The notes under the pieces were generated by a model. It had not been told where the DNA came from, made no database searches, and was given only the letters and a program-made list of their open reading frames with translations. DNA of 64,000 nt from Mobula birostris (Eukaryota): the NCBI RefSeq assembly GCF_030028105.1, contig NC_092400.1:6138001-6202000 (forward strand), written 5' to 3'. This document shows, piece by piece, positions 13,985 through 25,382 of this stretch. Position numbers and translations under genes: made by a program. Positions within the stretch are counted from its first letter, which is position 1. Each line of letters begins with the position of its first letter.

Positions 13985-14345
13985 GGGGGTGGGAATCTGA
14001 TTGAAATATCAAATATTGAAAGGCCTACATGGGTTGGAGGTGGAGAAGATGTTTGCTATAGTGGTGAGTCTAGGACCAGAGGACACAATCTCAGAATAGA
14101 AGGATGTCCCTTCAGAACAGAGATGAGGAAGAATTTCTTCAGGTAGAGGGTGAAGAATCTGTGGAATTCATTGCCACAGGTGACAGTGGAGACCAAGTCA
14201 TTGGGTATATTTAAAGCAGAGTTCGACAGGTTCTTGATTTAGTCAGGGCATCAAAGGTTATGGGGAGAAGTCAGTAAAATGGGGTTGAGAGGGATAATAA
14301 GTCATCCATGATGGAATGGTAGAGCAGACCCAAAGGGCCAAATCC
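13985..14345 (+). mobile_element. CR1 LINE 3' fragment
   Basis: SRTRGHNLRIEGCPFRTEMRKNFF..NLWNSLPQ plus 3'UTR. Confidence 0.85.
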
Positions 14346-15004
14346 TTTGTCTTAAAAGCATCAGAATCCAACAGCTGAGATATCTTGAGGATAATTCCAA
14401 GATAATTGACAAACAATCACAAGTAATATGAGGGACAAACATATGCGTCCAGTTGCTACTCTCTGGGATACTGTCTTCTGCCCAAAGCGGTGATGGAAAA
14501 GTATGATTTTTTTTCAGGCTAATTAAGCAATAGTTTAATTGTAAAAGTGCGCAGGGTTTTAGGTATAGATTGGGACCAGGAAGTAATTTTAAGTAGCATC
14601 AGAAATTTAAAAAAAAAACAGGAGAAACTCAGCATTGTAGGTAGCATAATTAGAGAAAGAAACAGAGTTCTTGTGTCAGTCTGATGACCTTCTTACACAA
14701 CTGGAGACAGTGAGGAAATTGACTATTGCAATGGCAATGAAGGGGAGAGTTGGAGAGAACAGAATAATTGCCCTTGATGGAGTACATATGAATGGATGAC
14801 ACAGTTTGGACAAGGCTTACTAATAGAAACGAATCTACCTCCAAGAGTAGAGAGACGGAGGATATGGGAGTGAAGGTGAAAAAATAATCAGCATCCAGTT
14901 GCAACTGGATAGCTAGGAATGGAACAAGCAATTGCACTATGATATACCTTAACAATATAAACAACTAGACAAAAGTCATTTTATCATGGCTACTTATAGA
15001 GGAT

Positions 15005-15228
15005 ACAAAATCAGCTGCAGATGCTATTCTCTGGAGTAAAAGAATAAACTGAAGTAAGAACTCACTGGGTCAGACAGCATCTGGTAGATGCAGAGAAATT
15101 GTTGCTGTTTTGGGTTGAGACCCTGCAATGTTCAGTCTTGATGTACAGCATCAACCTGAAAATTCAACCATTTCTCTGCCTTCTCAGATGCTGCCTGACT
15201 TGATGGGCAGTCTGTTTTTTTTGGTCCA
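15005..15228. mobile_element. Old fold-back Penelope-like insertion
   Basis: Inverted arms cagacagcatctg..gcagagaaattgttg / caaccatttctctgcc..cagatgctgcctga; tail ctgcagatgct on the left. Confidence 0.6.
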
Positions 15229-15727
15229 GTTACAGAGGAAGAGGTTGTGACATCTCAATTTCAGGTAGTGTTGGAAATCTTAGAAGTTCAGATTCAGAGA
15301 TGAAGTTGCCATAAAGTGATAAATTGAAAGGACAGCAATATGGTCCTCATTAGTTCCAGTGTACCATATAAATGGGCTTTCCCTTGTGTTCCAGTGGTCC
15401 TAAAAAAAAGCCTTTTACAACAGTTATGATCGTTGATTGAATGAAATTAACTGTGTAGCTGTTTCCTAACTCATTTCCAGACCCCTATGATTACCCCACC
15501 TGTCACATGATGCAAAGCCCAGACAAATCCTCCATCGGAAAAAGACACTGAATCATCCCGGGTCACCCCAGGACAATTGGAGAGAACTAAGAAATTGCTG
15601 ATGGGGGGGCAGATAAAAATCTAGGCAAAAGAATTGTCCAATCAAGACTAAATGGAAGCAATGGAATTAAGTACTTGTGTTTGAGGGGTCAAATGGAAAC
15701 TGACATCAGCATGCCTGACTCAACATA

Positions 15728-16255
15728 AACAAAGTGGCCATTTTATTAGGGACACCTGCTCTTTAATGTAAATATCTAATCAGCCAATCATGTGGCAGAA
15801 ACTCAGTGCATAAAAGCATGCTGACATGGTCAAGAGGTTCAGTTGTTGTTCGGACCGAACATCAGAATAAGGAACAAATGTGATCTAAGTGACTTTGACT
15901 GTGGAATGATTGTTGTTGCCAGGTGGGTGGTTTGAGTATCTCAGAAACTGCTGATCTGGGATTTTCACACAAAACAGCCTTTAGAGATTACAGTAAAACA
16001 AGTAAAAAGCATCCAGTGAATGAAAGTTCTGTGGGCGAAAATGCCTTGTTAATGAGAGAGCTTAGAGGGGAATGGCCAGAATAGTTCAAGCTGACTGGAA
16101 AGGTGACTGTAACTTACCTAATTAGGCGTTGCAACAGTGGTGTGCAGAAGAGCATCTCCGAACACACAGCACATCAAACCTTGAAGAGATCGGGCTACTG
16201 CAGCAGAAGAGTACACCGGGTTCCACTTCTGTACCTAATAAAGTGGCACTGAGTG
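15728..16255 (+). mobile_element. Non-autonomous Tc1-like DNA transposon, same family as 11663-12192
   Basis: TA-flanked TIRs (aagtggccattttattagg / cctaataaagtggcactgagtg); internal gactttgactgtggaatgattgttg HTH-coding relic. Confidence 0.88.
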
Positions 16256-17149
16256 TATAGTAGATTATTTTCAACACTTATCTTGCTTCATGTATGGTTG
16301 GCTGAAGAAACCACCATTCAATAGGGAACTTAACCAAAGTACATTGATTTCAATCTACATAATTGATCAGTCTTGGGAATATTTAAATTGCATTTGTTCT
16401 TGTATTATGATCTGACTAAAAGGTTTATTTAATTCTCACCGGGGATGATTTTAACTCTTGGCAGTAGTGGAAAACAGACAAAATCAGATAGGTTGCTTCT
16501 AAAACATTAAATGGACTGGAAGGTCAGGCCAGATATCTGACAGGCACATAATTAGAATATTGCCCATTTTACAGCAGGAGAGTGAGTTGACAACTTCTAT
16601 CAATCCTTAAATGAATAACTGATGCTTCACATGGAACTTATATTTGTTTATTATGTTTGTCGTACTTTCATCTCTGGGAAGTTGCATGTTCAACTTTATC
16701 TTCAGAACGTGAAATATACTGTGGCACTGTCGTCATTTGAATAAGATGTTCAACTAGTCGTGTTTGCCACTCTTGTCTAAGTCGTGATCATAAATGATAC
16801 AAAGGAAAACAGGCCATGCTTTGGGTTTCACGCCCTTTCTTTCTTCACCCTGACAAGTCACTACTCATCTCATCACTTTCTGAGCATGAGAAATCATGAT
16901 GAAACGTAACTAAACAAATCTGACTCCCTTCTTCCTCCCATATGTATATTTTCTTAGTCTTGTATGTTCTCAATAACTTTGATTTTCGCTGTCTCAGCCG
17001 GGTATTAATAGGTCGGAAGTCACCTCAAAATGCAGCTGACAGCCTTACACCGTGTTAAATAGTGCACCTTATCCATGAGGATTTCAGAAACTTCGGTATT
17101 GTTCAAGTGGCGAGTCTGGTGTGGTTAATGCCTCAGAGCTCCACTTTAA

Positions 17150-18420
17150 CCCTGACTGCTTGTCCGCTTGACCACTTATGACTGTGACAGCTCCAATGTC
17201 ATATTTAAGTTGGCTGACAACACCAGTGCCATTGGCTGAATCAAAGGAGATGACAAATCAGCATATAGGGGGGAGACTGAAAATCTGGCTGAGTGGTGCC
17301 ACAACAGTAACCTGCCATTCAATGTCAGTAAAATCAAAGAGATGATTATTGACCACAGGAGGAGGAAAGCAGGGGTCCATGAACCTCATTTGGGCATCAG
17401 AGGTGGAGAGGGTCAGCAACTTTAAATTCCCTGATGTTGCAATGTCAGAGTATCTGTCCCGGGCTCACCTAAGTACAATTATGAAGAAAGCACAGCAGCA
17501 CCTCTACTTAGAAGTTTGCAAAGGTTTGGCATGACATCTAAAGCTTTGGCAAATTTCTATAGATGTGTGGTGGAGAGTATGTTGACTGATTGTATTACAG
17601 CTTGGTATGGAAACACCAATGCCCTTGAATGGAAAATTCTACAAAAACTAGTGGAGCAACATACATAAAAATTGCCGGTGAACGCAGCAGACCAGGCAGC
17701 ATCTCTAGGAAGAGGTGCAGTTGACATTTCGGGCCGAGACCCTTCGTCCTAACTCAGTCTCGGCCCGAAACCTCGACTGTACCTCTTCCTACAGATGACA
17801 CCTGGCCTGCTGCATTCACCAGCAATTTTTATGTGTGTTGCTTGAAATTCCAGCGTCTGCAGATTTCCTCGTGTTTGCATCTTTAAAAAAACTAGTGGAT
17901 ACAGCCCAGTCCATCATGGGTAAAGCTCTGCCTGTCATAGAGCACATCTACATGGAGCGCTGCTGCAGGAAAGCAGCATCCATCAACAGGGACTCCCTCC
18001 CTCCAGGCCATGCTCTCTTCTCACTGCCACCATCAGGAAGGAGGTACAGGAGTCTCAGGACCCACATCACCAGGTTCAGGAACAGTTATTACCCTTCAAC
18101 CATCAGGCTCTTGAACCAAAGGGGGCAACTTCACTCGCCCCATCACTGAACTGTTCCCATAACCTATGGACTCACCTTCAAGGACTCTTCATCTCACATT
18201 TTTGATCTTTATTGCTTTTTTATATTTTATTTTTTTATCTTGTATTTGCTCAGTTTGTTGTCCATCCTTTTTTCACGTTGGTCGTTTGTCCATCCTTCTA
18301 AGTGCAGTCTTTCATTGATTCTGTTGTGTTTCTTGTCATCACTGTGCATGCCCACAAGAAAATGCATATTAGGGTTGTACAGGGTGCTATATATGTACTT
18401 TGGTAATAAGTTTACTTTGA
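17150..18420 (+). mobile_element. Rex1/Babar LINE 3' part, interrupted by a Penelope fold-back
   Basis: VERVSNFKF and LFSLPPSGRRYRSLRTHITRFRNSYYPSTIRLLN; tail aataagtttactttga. Confidence 0.9.
17656..17886. mobile_element. Penelope-like fold-back insertion with 13-bp TSD
   Basis: Inverted arms of about 95 bp plus a unique tail of about 35 nt; TSD aaaaactagtgga at 17643-17655 and 17887-17899. Confidence 0.9.
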
Positions 18421-19779
18421 TGTTGTCTTGTCTGTGTGCAGTCGGCACATTATCCTGTGATTATGTGGGTTTCGTCTGCAAGCCATGACTCACTTCCACC
18501 TGCTAAAGACTTAAAACATAGAACATAACAGCACAGCACAGGACCTGGTGGACTCGTAACTTAATGGGCCAGTGGAATTTGCCACCAATGCGCCGATGGT
18601 TTACAGGATTGATGAGATTAAATTACAAGGAAAATTTGTGGGTGGTAGGGGGGAATTGCTCTGGGGACTGGCATAGATTTGATGGCCCAAATGGCCACCT
18701 TCTGCCTTGTAAGGAAGTATGGAACTAGAATGAAGTTCTATGCGTGATTGATTAATTATTATTAGTGATATCTCAGGAGGAAAATATTAATCAAGACAGA
18801 AGGCAAAGGTATCATTTGAGAGACAGACTGATAATATGTGTTTAAAGGAAACAAGAATTAAAAGTGCTGAAAGGTATGCTACTGTTGTGCAAAGCTTAAG
18901 ATAGACTGCACTTGGTTCAGTAATGGATATTGCACCTCAGCAAGGATGAAATAAGCGCAGAGGTAGTGCAGAAGAAAATGATAGTTTGACTATGAAGATT
19001 GAGTAGAGTAGCTTCATATTCCTACACCCCTGAAGACCACAGGATGATTTGACTGAAGCGTTTAGGATGATTAAAGACATTGATTGTCTCAATCGAAAGA
19101 AACTTTTTCCCTGATGGAAAATTACAGGACTTAATCTTAAAATTAGAGTCCAGCCCTCTGAGAGGGATGTCTGGAAACACTTCACCACACACAAGGCATC
19201 TGGCAGTCAGGAACTGAAGTCGGGAACTCTCTGCACCAAGAAGTTAAAGATTTTGGTCCATATGTGTGACCGCCTTACTTGTTAATAAAGAGGGATGCTA
19301 AATATTTGTCAATAAAAGGCAGTGGAATGTAGAGGGCACTTGTTTCAAGGAAGATAGATAAGGGATAACAAAATCTATAGTCTCCGTTTACAGCAATGAC
19401 TCAGGCCCTTCGGCCTACTGAATCTGTGTTGACCATCAAGCACCCATTTCCGCTAATCCTGCATTCTTCTCGACTCCAATCCCAATTCTACTGATGGACT
19501 GTGGGCAACTTACACTGACCAATTAAGCTATTGCATAAGTAGGTAACACCAAATTTCTACCTCAATAAACATTTCTCTACAACACTAGTGGGCAGAGACC
19601 CAGTTGTCCACCATGCTGGGACTAGAGGGTTTGTGTTGTGGGGAGAGACTGCTTGGGCTGAGGTGTTTTTTTTTCCGGAATGGAGATGGCTCAGGGATGA
19701 CCCAGAGTCTGAGCCTGGAGGTTAGGGTCCCGTCATCAGCTAGTCCAGGGGTTGATCCCTGATGGCCGAAGCCTGGAGA

Positions 19780-20070
19780 TTGGAGGCCCGGAGACTTGTC
19801 CTGGAGCTGGAGGACTGTCCGTGTGTGTGGGCGGGTGGGAGGGAGGGAGGAAAAGAGCTTGCTTTTTGCTGTTATTGTTTTGTTGCTTGTTGTGTTCTGT
19901 TTTGTGTTGTTCCGCTGAGCATTGTGGGTATGTTATGTTGGTGCCAGAAAGTGTGGCAACACTTGCGGGCTGCCCCGGTACATCCCTGAGTGTGTTGGTT
20001 GTTAACACAAACGACACATTACACTGCATGTTTCTTGTGATAAGTGACTCTGAATCTGAGTCTGACTCTG
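19780..20070 (+). mobile_element. SINE/non-autonomous element with Rex1-like tail
   Basis: atgttggtgccagaaagtgtggcaacacttgcgggctgccc tail shared with the V-SINEs; ends in (tctga)n-like repeats. Confidence 0.6.
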
Positions 20071-20089
20071 TGGAAGTGATGGGATTGTG

Positions 20090-20400
20090 AAGATTATAAG
20101 TGGGCTGATTGGTTATGGTGTTTCCTAGGGTAGGGGAATCTAAGACTTGAGGGCACGTTTAAGAGCGGGAAAAGGCTTAAAAAGGACCCAAGAGTAAAAA
20201 GTTCCACAAAGATGGTGGAGGATAGATGGGATGAGCTGCTGGAAGAAGCAGAAGAGGTGGGTACAATTATATTTAAAATTAATTTGGTTAAGTTCATGGA
20301 TAGGAAAGATTTAGAGGGATATGGGCAAAATCCAGATGAATGGGTCTATCTCAGGTAGGCAACTTGCTTGGGGCAAGGGGTCTGTTTCCATGCTGTGTAA
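20090..20400 (+). mobile_element. Old CR1 3' fragment
   Basis: Decayed gggaatctaagacttgagggcac..tggaagaagcag..gagggatatggg. Confidence 0.65.
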
Positions 20401-20409
20401 CTCGACTGA

Positions 20410-20560
20410 CCCACACATCTTTAGGATGTGACAGGAAACTGGAGCGACAGGAAGAAGCCGTCACTGTCACAGAGAGAAAGTGAAAGGTACACACAGGGAA
20501 GGTCAGAGCTTGGGATAGAACTGGTGTCACCGGAACTGAGAGGCAGCAGCTCTCCTGCCT
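20410..20560 (-). mobile_element. V-SINE fragment
   Basis: catctttaggatgtgacaggaaactggagc is the reverse complement of the V-domain. Confidence 0.55.
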
Positions 20561-21420
20561 GAACCGATTATACTGCCATAACAGGTCAGTAATGCCATCA
20601 AAGTGCAGTTGGCAGCCTTATAGCTGATTAGTCCAGCCACACGGGACAGATGCAGAAGAAGAATCTATCAGTTTTAAATGAAGAAACTTCAAACCAAGTT
20701 GGATGACTTGGAGTTGAGATGAAGACTTCCCATTGTCCATTTGAACATGGGCCATCTTCAATGATAGGAATACCAACTCTTCATTCTATTTCTAAACACT
20801 GCGACTGAACTAATGAGTTACTTTTCCTAAAATAATCCATTCTGCCTTTCTTCTGAAAGAATTTATGGAATGCAAATGTAAATAGGGCCTCACTATGATT
20901 GCTTTGAAGGCCCAGCAGTGTGATCCACTTTTGAGATTAGGCATTGTTGGAACATAAGGGGTTAAAATCTGGTGCTCTCGGGATCTGAATCTAAGTTTCA
21001 GACAGCTAATGAAAAGAATCTGACATCTGTCTTTAAATTCTGCTTTAGGCCATTTGGCTGTAGACAAAGCTGATGTTTAAATATTAATTCCAGCCATGAA
21101 TTCACTATTTGGCTGCATCAGAATGGTAGTTCAAAGTGCTCTGCTTCTCGTGACCACTCTGCAGATGCTTGATATACCAACCTTCTGGGTTCTTATAGTA
21201 GCCATGGTGCTTGCTGTACTCAGACTGTGGGTGTATGATTACCCCCCGTTCAGGTCAAGGCTAGGTATACCCAGTCTACTGGGTCCTAGCTGTGGCCACC
21301 CTCTGGGCATAGGGTGTACCCCTGTGTCTGCTCAACGCACCCACTGTTTGGAAACTTAATGTGGCCACACTGTAGCCATTTGATGTATCCAGTCTATGCA
21401 TGTGTAATGATAATACTCTC

Positions 21421-21900
21421 CGAGGATCATCACCTTGTTAAGGTGGAAAGGCTTGTGAATTCCTGAGATCCCAAGAGCAATGGCGTCTGGTACTCAGATC
21501 CTAGTAGGGTCAGCCATGGTGGTGAGGTAAAATAGGAGGTTCCAGATAAAGAGCAATCCCACCAGGATGCAAAGGTGGAGCTGTGGAAGACGATGACACG
21601 TCACACTGACACTGAAGGCGGAGGAAGGATGCGGCAGTGAAGGGTCGCCAGCTGTCCTGTATTTCACACCACTGGACTCTGACCCTCATCTGTCAAGAGC
21701 CACGTGGATGTCTGCCTGCGCATCAGCCACCCCACGTTAAACAAAGTCATGCACAGGCGTTTTCCGTAAAGGGAATCCACCCTAACATCCCGGATAAAGT
21801 CCCATGGTGATCAGCAAGTGGCAAACGGGGGCAGGTTTGTGAGGTCTGGGTGCCCCTAATCCAGGACATGTGGATCCTGGATCAGCCTCTACAACCACCT
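21421..21900 (+). mobile_element. RTE-clade (Rex3/Expander/BovB-like) 5'UTR fragment
   Basis: caccttgtt..ggtggaaaggcttg..gatcccaagagcaatg..gtagggtcagccatgg..ccagataaagagc resembles the recalled RTE 5' leader consensus. Confidence 0.55.
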
Positions 21901-22977
21901 GAAGACCCGCCAACAGACAATCCCGTTGGAGAACAACGTACTAGACTTGAGTGACCGAGATGATAATATAAACATTATTATCTCTATGGAAATGCTCCAG
22001 TTGTGGATTCTAGTGTTCAATGAGGCTCCATGACATCACTTCCAAGCCCCAAAGCTAGTCTTTCAGCAACATTTTACAATCTCCAATATTATTTTGATGA
22101 ATGAACAAAAAAAAATGGTCAAAGGAAATCAAGTATGCACATAGTTTCAGTGACACACCATCCAAGGTAACTTCAGGCTTTTCACAGTAGTGACCAGGAA
22201 ATTAATTAGTAGTTTTATTGGGCTACATTCAAGTTGACAAGTACAGTTCTACTTGTGAATAGTATCTTGTGGGCAGAGCTTAATTTTTCTGAGTTATATT
22301 GGATCAAATTTTGGCAGTGTGTTTTATAATGTCAACCATGCTTTAAGAATGTGGCTTTGAAAATGCAGCTGATGAGTGTTGCTTATGGACTAACTGTATC
22401 TTTACACATGAGAATAATCTTCTGAGAAGCTTCTATAAGTGGATAAAGAGGAAAAGATTAACGAATGATGGATCCCTTACAGTTTGACACAGTGGAATTA
22501 TACTGGGGGATAAGGAAACAGCAGAGAAATAAAGCAAGTAGTTTGTGCCTGATACAGAGTAAGACCCTGGAAAAAGCAGGGAACAGCTCTGGTGGTGGAA
22601 AGTAGGCCTGAAAGAAATTAGCAATGGTAACAGAACAGTGCTGGAGAAGTCAATGGAAGTGAAGGCAAATCAATTCTGATCTGATCTGATGAATTTTATC
22701 AGTAAGACATGCTTATGGAAATCATCGAGGCATCGCTTTTAAATTACTACAGATTTCAGTGTAGTTCATGCAGATATAGTTGTAATCTTTAAGAATGGAG
22801 GGGAGAGAAAGCTGGAAAATCAGATATTAGCCTGACCACAGTAGTAGTAAAAAAAGCTAGAATCTATTATTAATTGGATTCAAGCACTTAGAACATAAGA
22901 CCATAAGGCATAGGAGCAGGATATGGCCAATCGGCCCATCAAGTATATTCCACCATTCAATCATGGCTGATTTATTA

Positions 22978-23983
22978 CACTGGACAACAAAGAGTTTGCT
23001 GAATATTTTGAGTGTATCTTAAGAATTTTGGGCTGCTGATCATGAAAATCATCATGAAATTTCCCTATCATTCACCACTTTTTTTGAAGTTGCCTATATT
23101 TATTATTTCAATTCATAATTCAAGTCAATTAAAATGTTGCCCATATTGTATGCTGAAAAGTTTTCTATCTTCTCCAGGCGTGCCTAGGCATGCTCAGGCA
23201 AGGCAGATACTGCATGGCAGGACAAGTTTTAGAAAAGCAGAACATCGAGTCTAGAGGAGGCAGATGAAGATACCATGTTGCATGAGCCAGGGGTGGAAAA
23301 TGACATGGAGACTGATGCAGATTTTGAACCCTTTATGCTGAGTGAACCTCATCTGATATCTCAATCTGAGTATTTATTGGACTACAAATCAAACAGGTCA
23401 TCAATGATAGGCAATTCGATGAACTTCTACTGGGACCGGAGAAAATCACATGGAAGGCATTTAAGGATGTTGAAATTCTTCTTGGCAACTACAGAGCACC
23501 AAACTACATACAGTGGTTGACAACATACTTCAAGCATACAAAGCCATGAAGCGCAACATGTCACTACAGATTCATTTTCTGCAGTCCATTTAGACTTCTT
23601 TCCTGAAAATCTTGGCACTGTCAGTGATGAGCATGGTGAAAGGTTTCACCAGGACATTGTGGTCATGGAGAAGTGGTATCAGAGCAACTGGAATCCATCA
23701 ATGCTGGCTCATTATTGTTGGACAATTAAGCAAAAAGCCTTAGACACTGAATACAAATGAAAACCTTCAACAGAGCATTTTTTAGCTTAGTTAAACTATT
23801 GCAAAGTGTCAGCATAATGATGCAATTAAATGCATTGTATTCAATAAAAGTTAATTTCTTGTTTCTCCAAATTCCTATGTAATACAAGTAGTCTGAAATT
23901 ATATTTGTGTTCAGCTTCAAGCAGTCTATCATAAAAAAAATTCTGAGGAAGCAATACTTTAAAAAAAAAATTATTGTCCAGTG
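22978..23983 (+). mobile_element. Chapaev3-like (CMC superfamily) DNA transposon, internally deleted
   Basis: TIRs cactggacaacaaa / ttattgtccagtg with flanking TTA (one extra base on the right). Relic transposase C-terminus with a frameshift: MSLQIHFL..HLDFFPENLGTVSDEHGERFHQDIVVMEKWYQSNWNPSMLAHYCWT. Confidence 0.75.
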
Positions 23984-24300
23984 GTTATCACTCCCAACCC
24001 CATAACCTTTGATTAAACTTAGATAAAGTAAAACTGACTGTGCAGAGTCAGCATGGATTTATAAAAGAAAATCAAGTCTGATGTATTCATTGAGTTTTTG
24101 AGGTTGTAGCATGCAGAATAGATAAAGGGAAATTAGAATCAGAATCAGAATCAGTTTTATTATCACCAGCATGTGGCGTGAAATTCATTAACTTAGCAGC
24201 AGCAGTTCAATGTAATATATAATCTAGCACAGAGAGAGAAAATAATAATAATAAATAAAATAAAACATAATAATAAATAAACAAGTAAATCAATAACGTA

Positions 24301-25382
24301 AACAACAAGAATTCTGCAGATGCTGGAAATTCAAGCAACACACATCAAAGTTGCTGGTGAACGCAGCAGGCCAGGCAGCATCTGTAGGAAGAGGTGCAGT
24401 CGACGTTTCATGCCGAGACCCTTCGTCAGGACTAACTGAAGGAAGAGTGAGTAAGGGATTTGAACGTTGGAAGGGGAGGGGGAGATCCAAAATGATAGGA
24501 GAAGACAAGGAGGGGGAGGGATGGAGCCAGGAGCTGGACAGGTGATAGGCAAAAGGGGATACGAGAGGATCATGGGACAGGAGGTCCGGGAAGAAAGACA
24601 AGGGGGGGGGAGACCCAGAGGATGGGCAAGAGGTATATTCAGAGGGACAGAGGGAGAAAAAGGAGAGTGAGAGAAAGAATGTGTGCATAAAAATGAGTAA
24701 CAGATGGGGTACGAGGGGGAGGTGGGGCCTTAGTGGAAGTTAGAGAAGTTGATGTTCATGCCATCAGGTTGGAGGCTACCCAGACGGAATATAAGGTGTT
24801 GTTCCTCCACCCTGAGTGTGGCTTCATCTTTACAGTAGAGGAGGCCGTGGATGGACATGTCAGAATGGGAATGGGATGTGGAATTAAAATGTGTGGCCAC
24901 TGGGAGATCCTGCTTTCTCTGGCGGACAGAGCGTAGGTGTTGTCTCCCAGTCTGCGTCGGGTCTCGCCGATATATAAAAGGCCACATCGGGAGCACCGGA
25001 CGCAGTATATCACCCCAGTCGACTCACGGGTGAAGTGTTGTCTTTCTCTCACTCTCCTTTTTCTCCCTCTGTCCCTCTGAATATACCTCTTGCCCATCCT
25101 CTGGGTCCCCCCCCCTTGTCTTTCTTCCCAGACCTCCTGTCCCATGATCCTCTAGTACCCCCTTTTGCCTATCACCTGTCCAGCTCTTGGCTCTATCCCT
25201 CCCTCTCCTGTCTTCTCCTATCATTTTGGATCTCCCCCTCCCCCTCCAACTTTCAAATCCCTTACTCACTCTTCCTTCAGTTAGTCCTGACAAAGGGTCT
25301 CGGCCTGAAACGTCGACTGCACCTCTTCCTAGAGATGCTGCCTGGCCTGTTGCGCTCACCAGCAACTTTGATGTGTGTTGCT
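24301..25382 (-). mobile_element. Penelope-like element 3' part (GIY-YIG endonuclease C-terminus plus pLTR) with inverted pLTR copy; 15-bp TSD
   Basis: Minus translation TGVIYCVRCSRCGLLYIGETRRRLGD..PVATHFN..RVEEQHLIFRLGSLQPDGMN; arms about 24333-24679 and 25041-25383; TSD taaatcaataacgta at 24286-24300 and 25383-25397. Confidence 0.93.
24397..24434 (-). ncRNA. Minimal type-I hammerhead ribozyme motif with intact core
   Basis: Minus strand UAGUC-CUGACGA-A-GGGUCUCGGCAU-GAAACGUC^GACUG: stem I UAGUC/GACUG, CUGANGA and GAAA cores, palindromic ACGU stem III and a GUC triplet; one stem II mismatch. Confidence 0.75.
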
